NCBI GenBank assembly: GCA_010405405.1
Contig: MU004236.1
Coordinates: 1,432,070-1,496,069 of the forward strand
Origin: Microthyrium microscopicum
Lineage: Eukaryota
Direction of reading: 5' to 3'
DNA length: 64,000 nucleotides
The notes beneath the pieces were generated by a model. It worked only from the letters and a program-made list of their open reading frames with translations, did not search any database and had not been told where the DNA came from. This document shows, piece after piece, positions 13,006-25,400 of this stretch. The stretch's first letter is position 1, and the number at the start of each line of letters is the position of its first letter. The position numbers and the translations under genes were made by a program.

Positions 13006-15027
13006 TTATGGTTCAAGAACAATTTCCTCTCCAACGCAACGATTACATACAAACAGGCTCTTGGGATCTGTCTCTCTTTTAATCTTGAGCAGCCTCTCAT
13101 ACTTTTCTACTCCCCAGAACGCTTCCTTCCAATATGGCTCATAAGGATTTGCTTCATTCATATACGTTCCAGCATTGCTGGTGATTTCGGCAAGAGCTTT
13201 GGAAAACGCGACGAGTTTCTGTTTTTTTGCCTTCTTTTCGGATTCTGGGGCTTCGTCCGCCCAATTTGCGCTTACGCTGAATAATGCCCGACTTGCGGCC
13301 CAAATATCATGAACAGCGGTGTTATTTCGTTGGGAGGGATTAACGGCGCCAACTGGGATTACGGCGGTAAGTCAAAAGAGCTAGCCACGCATGATAGTGA
13401 GGCGAGTGTATACGTACCGAAGTTGAACCCTGGTTCTAATTCAGGATACCTTTCGATGAGGTCTAAGAGTTGGTCGACATCGTTTTTGAGAACATTGGCT
13501 GTCAGTAAACGAGACGCATCAAGTATGTTAGTCGCAATATTAGGATCTTGCAGAAAGTATTGATCGTATGTGATCCAGTCCGGAAAGCTGATCGGTAACA
13601 AGACACCGGAAACACCGGTCATGTTGGTCGCCTTCAGGATAGATGCAAAGCCTGCAGCAAGCGTTTCGTTGGTCCCATTTGCTTGACTGAATATGGCTTG
13701 GAACCCAGTAGCTGCGTCAACATAGCCAGTATAACCGGCATCAGCGATATCTGGTAGGGCTTGAAAGCATACGCGGAGGAGGTTTCGCCTCGATGATGGA
13801 TCCGTTACGTTGAACTGAAGCGCTACGGCTTGAATATGCGTTGGCAGAGGATGGGCATTGTAGGTTACGTTCGTGATGACGCCCCAAGAGCAGCCGCCTC
13901 CACCACGTAAAGCCCAGAAATGTTCGGGATTTGTGTATGAATTCAGGGTCTTGAGGTGTCCAGTCGGACTCACGACATTCGCTTCAAGAAGATCTGTGGC
14001 TCGTTAGTTTTCAAGGCGAACATTAAGGTTACTCAACTTACTATCGGCAGCAAGTCCATAGAAATGGGCGAAAGGAGAATGTCCACCACCTGTCAGATAT
14101 CTGAGACACTTCTGGGTCAGCTTGACCGCTCAAGGCATCGTAAACAGGCCAATACGCACCCACCAGCAGCACCAACGGTCCTTGCAGAGCCTCCTACCAC
14201 GGTGACGTTGTGTAGCTGGGCATCTTCATAGATATCTGTTGTTGCTGCCGTTAACCTAAGCCTTGGAGGTAAAATTGTAACGCATCTTACCCAGCCACTG
14301 TTCACCAGCCTGCAGTGTTACTGCGGGAGATGGTGTGCTGTCTTTTGGTGCATTCTGTGGGACGAACGACGGATGCCAAACTCTTCCCTTCAGATTATGG
14401 GTCCAGATGGCAAATGCGCCGGCACCGCTGGAGCGCCCAAGGCTGTGACATCAGTAAGTTTGCTTTCCGGCCCCATATTCCAACTCACTGATCATGGCCT
14501 GTGTTCTTGATTACAAGGTATAGGTTCTTGTCATTCGCGAATTTGACTGCTTTCTGAACATCAGACGTGTCCTTGGCCACGACAGAGTATTCCGCAACTG
14601 TGAAAGTCAGATCTGGGTATGATATATGATATTGAAATCTGAGAATACCCCTTCCCTGTCCGCATGGCTGGCTGCCTGATCCCTTGAAAATACTACAAGT
14701 ATCGTTACCTAATTCCCAAAGAATGGCCGAATAAGCACCTGGTTGATTCGTTCGCCAGAAACTATTGGTCCAATTTTGCCGAACAATTGTACACTGATCT
14801 GGGTTTAGCATTGGGGCGTGGCAGACTGCTGCAGATGGATGAGTTGATATCAATCGGCCCCCAATCGTGAGGTTGAACGTGGCCCATTCAGAACTCGATG
14901 GCCAACAAGAATCCTGTGCAGTGCAGCGTTTTGGGGTCGTGCTCAAGTCATTGCTGCTTATAAGTGGCTGTACGACAGTAGAGAATGACAGAGCCGTTAG
15001 AGCCGTCTGGAAAGTTGGTCTAATCAT
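13006..15027 (-). CDS. Secreted FAD-linked oxidoreductase, berberine-bridge-enzyme-like (multi-exon)
   Basis: Signal-peptide-like start, C....CWP, VIKNTGHD (flavin-attachment region), FWALRGGGG.SWGV, C-terminal GTYMNEANPYE..W.EAFWG..YERLLKIK...DP..LF.C.RCVG. Confidence 0.9.
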
Positions 15028-16484
15028 TATCAAACGATGTCAATATTGCTTCATCAACTGGTTTGCTCGAGAACTGCTACGATTTCGGCACCATCCCCAT
15101 CTTCATATCTTATACACGGTTCAACTGAGCAGAGACTGAATCATAAACGCGTCGTTCCACTTGAGCCAAGCGGTGTTTACGAGGGACAGTGAATCAAAAA
15201 GCCTTGGCTGCGAGTTCAAATCTCCAATCGGATGATATGGAAAAACCGGTAAAAATAGTCATCGGGTGAAGATAGGGTACAGTATCGACAATGGTCTTCT
15301 TTTCTCGTATGCGATGAACATACAATGACCTATAAACTCTTCTATTTACGTAGGATGCAGAGCTGATAATCCGTGGTTTGCATACTGGTATTATGCATAC
15401 CTCAGAAATGTTCAGAATTCAGCCTTGTGGTCTGTGCGTGTCAGCCTTGTGGGTATATTTAGCTCCAACGTTCTGGCTTGCTTTCGGTTTCTGAAGTTAA
15501 AGGATCTGCTTTGCCAGCTTTATCGCTAATTATGTATGGCTATCTGATTGTTACCATAATGAAAGAGTCAACGGGTGCATATCACGCAATACTGGTCAAG
15601 TCAGTGGACTACCTAGTAGTCCTTAGCAGCGTCTCATCGGCTGTGTGTTCTTGGCCGACTGCGGAGTATCACACGTGCAGTACGTAAGCTTTCTCAGTAA
15701 GTTTAGGATACCTACAGTTGTACCCAATAATAGACCTGGCATGATAGTATGCTACGAGCAACACTACCTCCCAAAGCAGGTACCTAGTGTATATGCTGTC
15801 CAACGTAGACATGAATTGCAACTGCGATGTCCGCATAATCACTGAAGACCCCATACTATTTGAATACATTTCATGAGACAATGAGTTTCATTAAAGCTAC
15901 GGAACGGACTCTTCGCTGTTGATCATATTATGAAATCCTTGGACATGCGAGAACTAGTGGACGATTTGATCTAGACAATATGTTGAAGAAGGTGGCTGAA
16001 GCACTACCCTTGAGAGTGCGCGCCTACCTCACCTCTCCATTAGAATCCGATTAATCTAAGCAGATTTCCTCTGGGTAATCTTAATAAAAAATTCAATATA
16101 TTACCATTGAGAACGGGTTTCTGGGCTGGTGGCGCTTAAGCCCTCATCAATCTATTCAATGAAGTGCTACCAGAACTCATCAATGCATATCGAACAACCC
16201 TCCACTATAGGTTTAAGCATCAATATACGTAAACATATACGAAAGCCAAGCTGCGGCTGTAACCAATAAGAAATATTCAAGTTACCAAATGACAGATTCT
16301 AGCGTGATCTGATCAGCAACAATATATCTGAGTCGGAAGTTCCGATGCTCATTAGGATTCGGAGATGGGGTATCAGGAATGGATGAATAGTTCGAAACTA
16401 GTACATATCTCGAGGCTAGTTTTTCCTGCTGTATCAGAGCTTCAGCTGGAACATCACACTCATTTCTTCGGTCAATACAACATC

Positions 16485-17352
16485 ATGAAAAGCCAAACTG
16501 CCATCGCGCTCCTGGCTGGAGCTGCGGCTGCTGTCCCCATCGAATGGACCAAACTGTCTATCCAGACCACTGGCAAATACACAGCCGTTCAATCAACTGA
16601 TGCCGGTTTACCAAAGCACACCATCTACATGCCATCCAGCGCCACTGAAAAGTTACCTGTCCTGGTTTGGGGAAACGGTGGATGCAGTGGAGACGGAACA
16701 TCCTTCAAGCCCTCCTTGATGGAAGTCGCTTCTCATGGTTATCTTGCCGTTGCCAGCGGCGCCCCATCAGGTAGTGGTTCTACGACCTACAAGATGATGA
16801 TTGAAACATTGGACTGGCTAGACAAGGTCGCTGGTAGTGGAAAGTACGCCAACGTGGACAAGACTCGCATAGCTGTTGCAGGACAATCATGTGGTGGGCT
16901 GGAGGCATACTCTGCTGGAGTTGATAAGAGAATCAAGACTATCGGCATCATGAACTCTGGTCAATTCTCTGACGCTGCAACTGCCGCGACCGTCAAGACT
17001 GTTACAAAGCCCATCTTCTACTTTCTCGGTGGCTCAGGCGATATTGCCTATAAGAATGTAAGAAGAAACCAATAATGCTTGGAATATAACTGACAGTGCT
17101 CAGGGAGAGAGAGATTACAAAGCACTCAAGAACATACCACGATGGAAGGGAAATATGGCCGTCAGCACCAGCGCTGCTGCTCATATGGCAACATGGAGAA
17201 CTGCTAACGGCGGCAAATTTGCCACGGCTGAAGTTCACTGGCTTGACTGGCTCTTGAAAGAAGATGCCGCCGCGAAAGCCTTCTTCACAGGCGCTGGTGC
17301 AACAACAGCTGGCTGGAGTGTCGAAAAGGCTGATCTTGATAAAATAGCCTAG
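16485..17352 (+). CDS. Secreted alpha/beta hydrolase (esterase-like)
   Basis: Signal peptide MKSQTAIALLAGAAAA, VWGNGGC, nucleophile elbow GQSCGG, GGSGDIAY (Asp), AHMATW (His); intron 17058..17103. Confidence 0.85.
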
Positions 17353-17834
17353 GATTTGGTCTACTAGTACATGATATATTTAGAGCAACATATCCTTTCA
17401 AAGTGCCTAAGCTGCAAGCACATCATGCTTTGATGTCAACAACCTCGAATATTGGTACAAAGAAAAGATGGGCTAGAACTGCATAGAGTGTGAGAGTTGA
17501 TATACATACCAACAGCCCCAGAGCTCCTTCGTACCTGCCTCCCATACTGCTAGACTCGCCGTAAGTATAGTAAGTTAGAGAAGAACTCCCAAGCTCTACC
17601 CGCAATCTCCAACTTCTCAACCCCACCTGTCTGTCATTCGACTCCACCTCCCACAACATCTTGCTAATGCATGCTTTCTTTTTTTCCATCCTGCAAGCTA
17701 GCAGCTTACACGGATTATTCCAGCTACCTAAATCAGGATCAGAATAACAGAGCACTCTGGTAGCATGAAAGTGGACTCCATTTGGCGTGTCAAGTAGTCC
17801 ATGCTCCTTTTCGTTCCGAATGCGAGCTGCCAAA

Positions 17835-19236
17835 ATGTCAAATTCGAAACTACATGTTCTCATCATTGGAGCTGGTATGTCATCTCCCCTCGGGGTCTAT
17901 CGTTCTAATCAGTCTGTATTTCTCAGGAGTTAGTGGCTTGCTTATCGCCCAGGGTCTCCAGAAGGTAGGCCACATAACCAGCAGAGTACTTCGTGACTGA
18001 CAGTTGATAGTGCGGTATATCATATGAGATTTTTGAAACCGAGCCATCAGCAACAGCACACAAAGGACAGCGGAACTGGGGCATGACCATACACTGGTCA
18101 AAACCTCTTCTCGAACAATTGCTACCCACCGACCTGTGGAGCCGACTTTCTGAAGCACAGGCCGACCCTTCATTTGATGCCACAGTCGCTGCTGACTATA
18201 GCATACCATTCTATAATCTCAAAACAGGCGAATATCTAAAGAGTCAACCAGTCCCGCATGCGATACGAGTGTCAAGGAGAAAGCTACGGGAACTCTGCGC
18301 TCAAGGTATCAATGTACAATATGGCAAAACTATCATCAATTGCAAGTGCGACACTGTTAAGAATAGCGTCACCGCCTCGTTCTCGGATGGATCAAGCGCA
18401 ACTGGAAAAATACTGATAGGTGCTGACGGCCATCGGTCTGTGGCCCGCAATCTTCTTCTTGGCGATAATATAGGCAGTCCAAAACCCATACCTGGTGGAA
18501 TCCAACTGTATGGTCTGAGTATCACATACAACGATGCCCAGAAAGCTCGTCATATACGCCAATTGCATCCAATAAATTGGTGTGGATTCCACCCCGACAA
18601 GCCCATGTCGTTTTGGATGGCTAGTAAGCTGCCACAGATCCTCAAAGTAGCAGAGTCTGACTACATACAGTGGCTGACGTTCCTGACCCCGAGAAGCCGG
18701 AGAAGTGGGAGTTTCAACTGATGCCGACTTTCGCTGGACCCTATCAAGCGATGTCAGCTGCCGAACAGCTCTCTATGCTAAAGGACGTTGCTCAAGACCT
18801 GGCCGAGCCATGGAAAAGTGCGATAGAATGGATACCAGAAGGCTCGAACGTCCATTATAGCAATCTCATGTACTGGCAGCCTGTACCTTGGGATAACAAC
18901 CAAGGCAGAACCACGTTGGCAGGAGACTCTGCTCATGCCATGCCTCCACGTAAGTTCACACTGAATGGATGAACTCTGCTAATCATGTAAGATCGTGGAC
19001 AAGGACTGAACCATAGCATTCAAGACGCTTTGAACTTTGTCAATGCGATGAAGTCAGTCAAAGACGGACAAGTTACTCTGGAGGCAGGGATCACTACTTA
19101 TGATGCTGAAGTTGTCAAACGAGGTGCGGATGAGGTACAGACATCAGTTCGAAGCGCCATTCTGGTTCACGATTACCGCAAGCTGATGGATGCTCCTGTC
19201 ATGAAGCAAGGATATATACGGACGAAATTAAAGTGA
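17835..19236 (+). CDS. FAD-dependent monooxygenase (aromatic-ring hydroxylase-like, multi-exon)
   Basis: HVLIIGAG..GL, LIGADG.RS.AR, TLAGDSAHAMPP.RGQGLNHSIQD fingerprints across exons. Confidence 0.9.
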
Positions 19237-20852
19237 GCTGGGGGTATGTTGAATGCATGTAAACAAAGCTTATGATGGATTTCAGTCGATAATATATTGA
19301 AGCGCTGTTGATCATCATCCCTGGAATGGTCAGTGTAAGGTTAAGATCAAGCCCAACACGCTCGGACAAGACCAAATGTTCTTTTCGCAGTAGATAAGTA
19401 AGATACCCATCGCATTCGATGGCGCCCATAGCAATCGAACAGTCAGAGCCTTCTATGGGAGCCATCGAGTGCGATGGGAGATGTGACGTTTTTAGTTGGA
19501 GCATATCTCGCCAAAATATATGGTTGAGAAGAACGTTTAGTCTTTTCGCAGCATGTTCACAAAGGATAATTCGACCAGAGCCAAATTGGGTACTTCTTTG
19601 ACTTTGATATGGTTTGGGGCGTTTAATGATGATCATACACTGTCTTGCCTAATACCATATAGAAGAATACCAATCTCCAAAACCACCACGTTTACAGGCA
19701 TATATGATTTTTTAAATTTGGCATGTTTTCCTCAACACTATTCGAATTTTAAGCTTTTTCTAGCCAAACATGTTGTGTTTATCTGATTAACAATCGTTTG
19801 TTGCTGGGAAAAGAGGTATGTCTTGAGAATATCTCCCGAGAGCGCCTTCCATTTGAGGTTCTTTGCTCCAGGAGTCGTGCCTTCCTGTTCAAACGAAAAT
19901 CTTGGCATAAATTTAACCATCCCCGCTCTTGTTCCCTTCCATCTAATAAAATCAATTTAAACTTCATGTGGCAAGAACTCAGATCCTTCAACTGGGTAAA
20001 ATGGAATAGAAAGAGCTAGGAATTTCGCGACCAGTTCGTGAAATGGTCAAGACCAAGGAGGAGACCCTCAAAATTACACAGAGGACGCAAATATCCGCAA
20101 ACACATCTGGCCAACGAGCTCCATATCGTCCTACATCATGAGCTTTCTCCAGTCTTACAACCATATATTTGACGCAGCCAAATCAAATCCGTCCCTCCAA
20201 ATCAAAACGGCCAGCCATCGCCAAACCGCATGCTCCTCGCAAGCCTGATGGCCAAATCGACTCCCAAAAGCGCCGCTCCGGTCAAGAAGTGTGAGACGAA
20301 CGACTCTGAGGATGATGATATGAGTAGCATGCCAACTACCCAGCAATTTTCTAGTCCCATCCAGGAGCATGATATGGAGATGATCCTACATACATCGGTA
20401 CGCGGACAGATTCTTGCTGAGCCACACTTGCTATGGATCGCCCGGTCTTCGTTCGCTGTAGCCGCTGCCGTTGACAAGTCCACAAATCATTGAAAGGACA
20501 ACAGAAAGAGAGCATAAGAATAGCGATCACGAGATGTCCAGGCAGCTCGAGATTCTCTTCAATCTTTCGTCTGAGCTGAGTCTCGATTTCTCAACTAATT
20601 TGGAGCTGCTTGGAATGTCTCCCACGGATTGCATGCCCACTTCAAAGATTTCAAAATATTTAAAAGAGCATAAGATGAGCAACCCATGTTGTCCGGATCT
20701 GAATTTCGGTCTCAAGCTCTCGTCTGACCACCTTCTCGACCAGCTTCAACTTCAATTTCTCGAGCAATCTCTACAGTACTCAATTCACGAGCAAAAACTC
20801 ATCCGAGTTTGCCTGCAATGTCTTCCCGTCTATACCCAATTCCGCCACCAAT

Positions 20853-21120
20853 TCTCAAGTTCTCGCTGTAATCCAATTCCTCCGCGTCTCCCAATAGTTA
20901 GCTCTTGCGACTAAGTTTATCACAATGCGCAAACGGCTTCGTACCCGTAAGATATTTCATCATAAACAACCAATCTTAGCTTCAACTTCTCCATTGCAAT
21001 CACAAGATCCACTACCAACCATCTCAATTTCTCGCCGTAATCCAAGTCCTATGCGTCTCCAAGACCCAGTTCTTGCGACTACATTCATCGCACTACGCAA
21101 ACGGCTTCGTAACCGTAAGA
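20853..21120 (+). repeat. Diverged ~100 bp direct repeat (20853..20952 and 21022..21120)
   Basis: Both copies read tctcaa.ttctcgc.gtaatccaa.tcct..gcgtctcc...tcttgcgacta..tt.atc.ca.t.cgcaaacggcttcgta.ccgtaaga. Confidence 0.9.
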
Positions 21121-21469
21121 GCTTTCGCCAAGAACAACTGATGGTGGAACTATCGATACTTGGAGCGCCATATACGGAGGAGAACGCAAATTGTTCCCAT
21201 CGAAATTGGGCTTCTTCAAAAGCGATTCACTGTTTGATCTTGCATGAGAAGCGAGCTTTGAGGCCAATAGATACAAGAATTGCCACAAGTGTCGTGCTCT
21301 GAAAGTCTTATGTTCTCGGATCTTGATACCACTGCTTCAGCCTTATATACCATCACATCTGGCAGGACACCACGGCAAGTCTCTTGCTATATGAGATCGC
21401 TGAGCATGAGACCAACCCACATTTTCAGCAGCAACAAAAGGGAACGATAACTCGTATATACTGCTCATT

Positions 21470-22220
21470 CCGTAACTACCTACCAAGGGTGTCACTGTTG
21501 CATCTCATATTGATGCTTCAACCTTGCAGCCGCCCTACACCCTTTCACGTCAATTCCTTCGTTGAACTGCAAGTCATCACATCTAGTAGGAACTCCACGT
21601 CACGGTATCCTGCTGTATAATGTGTTAGATCTTTGGCCAACCTCCTTTTTCAGTAGTACTCTGCCAAGAGCCCGAAGAAGAGGAGGAAGTTGAGGAAGAG
21701 GAGGAAGTTGAGGAAGTTGGCTAATGGTAGAAACAGTGGCACCCCAAAAACTTCCCTTGTCGAAAGAGAATCCCTCTACCCTAAAATTTCGGTAACTACC
21801 CAAAAGACCGAGACCGATTGAAATGTAGTAAAAGTCGCAAATGCCAGAACAAGGGCACTGCCTTCCACGAACAATTTGACTGGTACGAAGGCTGTGATCC
21901 AAATCTTGAAGACGCTGCAGGAGCTTCAGCCATCATGGCAAGACCATTCCAAAGATCTCCTGGTTGCCATCCTCCGTTCAGGCAAGATGCACTTTCTAAA
22001 TGTATCAAAGACGCGAACAAGGGCGCTGCCTTTCAGTACTTCCCAAATGTACCAAAGGCCAGATCTGACAAGGGCGCTGCCTTCCACATCTGACTGATAC
22101 GAAGGCTGTGATCCAAATTATTTGGTGGCAAGATACACTTTCCAAATATATCAAGACCAGAACAAGGGCGCTGCCTTCGACATCTGACTGATACAAAGGC
22201 TGTGATCCAAATCTTGAATG
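21470..22220 (+). pseudogene. Decayed copy 1 of an unknown Zn2Cys6-type gene with internal micro-duplications
   Basis: Fragments CIMC*, LCQEPEEEEE, FGNYPKDRDRLK, NKGTAFHEQFDWYE and PPFRQD are collinear with the 22545..23780 copy; stops and frameshifts throughout. Confidence 0.6.
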
Positions 22221-22544
22221 GCCGCGGAACTTTTAGCTGCGTCAGACGAAGATGGGAGTGGCAGCACGATATGCTGGCCTTCCCCTAATCGGTCGTCCAC
22301 CTCTACCCATCCTCGAGCACACTGAGTTTAAGCCAACATATCACTCACTACTACTCAATCAGGAAATAACGACACAACTCTACCAGAGTACACGTTCCGA
22401 GGCCATCATGGCCTAGTTGAGGTAGAAAGAGTAGCCTCAAGTGAAGCGTTTGATCGCGTTAAGGGATACTACATGAGCCTGCAGTCCCACAAAGTCAGGC
22501 GAAGTTGGAGCAGTAAAGACAGCACCACAGTGTTGAAAGGTCGT

Positions 22545-23780
22545 CGTAATAACTACCTAGGGTGGCAGTGTTGCATCTCAATCCAACCTTCATTGTCAGC
22601 AAGAACGGAATGAACAGCAAAAGAAAAAAGAAGTCTCTCTCCGTACTCCTAGTGCAACTTCCGTTGCAGAATCCACAAGGAGAAGCTGTAACACCGCTAT
22701 ATCAGCTGTATTCACAGTGAACCCAAAGGCAAGAGGTTTGAGGCCGACCCTTCTGATATGTCAGAAGCATGCCTGCGTTGCAAGAAAGCAGATCTGCCCT
22801 GTATCCAGTTGGTATGGACGCCGTGGACATACTGCCTTTTATTGACGAACTCGCCCTCCTCCCGCCCGATGCCCGAGTACGATGGTCGTTCCCTTCCCTT
22901 CCAGAATACCTCAGCATCAAACAGCCAACAACAGCGGCACATTGAACGCCCAAATCCTCGAATCCCTGGTCGGGAAGAAAGTCCTCTGCCAGGAGCCCGA
23001 AGAAGATGAGGAAGCCCACTGGAGGAAACAGAGAGACTTACTTCTTCGATTAAAGAAGAGAAAGGCTCAAGGCAGAAACGAACAACATCCACTCACTTCC
23101 ATGAAAAGAACTCGTTTGTGAGGACCGCGGAATCAAACTTACCTCGAGCGAAGAATTCGTCAAAGTAAAGAGATATTGTATGAGCCTACCATCTCATTCG
23201 ACTCGAGGTTTTTGGGCCATAATGCCAGAAGGCGTTGAATGCGGGTTTGAGGGTTTCGGCAACTATCAAAAAGTGGTACCAAGTTTCACGGAGGCTGTAA
23301 TCCCAACATTGAACACGCCTAGAACCTGTGAACAAGAATCTTTTTACCAGGAACATGCGGATGGAAGTCGACAAATGCAGAAGCAATTGCATCCTAAGGG
23401 CCGATCAAGAACAGCACCCGAGCGAACTGCGGAAATGGGCAATTGCAATTGCAATGGCGTTGGATTCCGGTTTGGCGACTATCAAAAAGACCAAGACTGG
23501 TTAAAAGGCAAGAATAAGGGCGCTGCCTTTCACGACCAATTCGACTGGTACGAAGCTGTGATCAAAATCTTAGAGCCGCCCGGAACACGGCTGTACTGTG
23601 ACAGCCCGAGATGGTCACGCCTTCCTCCAATAAGGCAAGATGTGATCGAAACAGCATATCGCTGGCTACTGCTTTGGAATACAGCAACATGTCCCTACCA
23701 GAATACACCATACAATGGGGTCAAGTCGGAAGAGTTTGCAAAGTAAAGAGATATTATATGAACCTGCCATCTCATAAATT
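22545..23780 (+). pseudogene. Decayed copy 2 of an unknown Zn2Cys6-type gene
   Basis: C-x2-S-x6-F-x10-C-x2-C-x6-C at 22707..22802, then LCQEPEEDEE, FGDYQKDQDWLK, NKGAAFHDQFDWYE and PPIRQD in separate broken ORFs. Confidence 0.6.
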
Positions 23781-24451
23781 GACGCGGATCTTCAATGGAT
23801 GCTTAGCTTCTGGCATCGGCGGCCGGAGGTTTGAGCCGAACAGCATTGACGAAAAATTGGGCTTAACGTCGTGAACGCCTGCTGGAGCTCAAAAAAATGC
23901 CGATCGTCTACAATAAGGCAACGCAAGGACGCAACCAATTCGCGCAGCTTCACTGCCGCTCATTCTGATACGTGCAGCCTGCGGCCATTCTATTCATGGG
24001 CTGAATGAAGAAAGTGAGCATTTAGCACTGTACTAGTGTGGAACCAACACTTGATGAAAGGGATGCTCATGAGGCTTGAGATCCAACAACAACTGCGCCG
24101 TCGTGAACTCTGCTGCTCCTATAGCTGGCTCGCCCAGTTGCCAAGACGAGATCACGACAAAGTCAAAATTAGGCACAGAAAGAGGTAGTGGTATGTCGAC
24201 ATATTCCTGTTGGGGGAGGCCTCAAGCAAGGCGTGGTGGTCTCAGTCGAGAAACTCAACCAAGTCAAGTGTTTTATTGAGAGCTTGAAACAGCAGAAGTT
24301 GCGTCGCAACTTTAGTGGATGGAAAAGAAATTCGATCAATCCAGTGCGGAGCTCAGGTTAATTTGAAGGCCTTCTTGGACGCTTGATGAGCAATACTGGT
24401 CTGATAAGATAGAAAAGCAAATATACCATACCAACATATACTGTGACGTTT

Positions 24452-24592
24452 TTTGGCTGTGCGAGTTTTTGAGAGCTCGCTCATAGTAAAACTCGCGCAC
24501 CCAAAGGCTCGCTCATAGTAAAGCTCGCGCACCCAAAGACTCGCGCACCCAAAAACTCGCGTACCCAGAAGCTCGCGCACAGTAGAGCTCGA
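24452..24592 (+). repeat. Tandem array of ~7-8 units of 15-17 bp, core AAAGCTCGCGCACCC / CTCGCTCATAGTA, preceded by one inverted unit
   Basis: Units read directly, e.g. aaactcgcgcaccca, aagctcgcgcaccca, aagactcgcgcaccca, gaagctcgcgcacagta. Confidence 0.92.
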
Positions 24593-24976
24593 CAGACCGA
24601 CTGGCTCGAGGCCTTCATCTATCGCTGCTATGCCATTATTTCTCAATAATATTTTACCTCAGGTGGCTTCCCCTCAAGCTTCATAAGTCTCTAAATCGAA
24701 CAAGAGACTTTTGAGCACAAGTTAAAGCCGTCAAAATCCACCTCATCCACCAGTCATGTTTCCTCGCTTCGTTCCCGGCCTTGAGTGACAGATCTCAAGC
24801 CCGTCGCCCTGCCCATCCCCGTAGAATATAGTTTTGTAAATGATACTTTCTCTTCACCCAACAACATTGTCTAATCCGAGAAACAAGAGAGTGTATATGC
24901 GTAAGTATATAAACGCCATGAGCTATAAGAAATCGAATTGAAAAGAATTCAATAAAGTATTCGTGAGATATAGCAT

Positions 24977-25400
24977 TGTCCCTTTTGTAAAGTATGGAGT
25001 TTCGTCATATAATTCTGCAGCAAAACACCGAATACGAGCTGTTCCCGAGCGTTCAAGAACCTGTGCAACAGCATCGCCATAATATATCCAAGTCACTCTG
25101 ATTCATGTCGCGGACCATGGGATACGAGTACTACACTTCATGAACTCTTCAAATTGGCAGAAAAGACAGCGCGAGGCAAGATATTAAATGTACCTTTTGC
25201 AAAGTGCTGAGCTTCTACAAGTCACAAGCAGGAAAATGGATCACTTATGGCCAATTTCCGTACATCAACCTCCATGATTGTCTCTAGTACAGCGTATAGT
25301 GAGAATAACACTAGATACACGTCCTATTAGCAACTCAAAACGGGCGAATTGATGGTATTGAGCGATACGTGGAATGTCCCTTTTGCAAAGTAGGGAGTTA
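24977..25400 (+). repeat. Three dispersed copies of TGT(C/A)CCTTTTG(C/T)AAAGT at 24977, 25189 and 25375
   Basis: Read directly; spacing 212 and 186 nt; translate to CPFCKV, CTFCKV, CPFCKV. Confidence 0.8.

Noticed and set aside
21848..22218. CRISPR-like repeat-spacer appearance
   Set aside because: Repeats are degenerate and irregularly spaced, the spacers are related to each other, the repeat encodes a protein motif found again at 23513, there are no cas genes, and the context is eukaryotic
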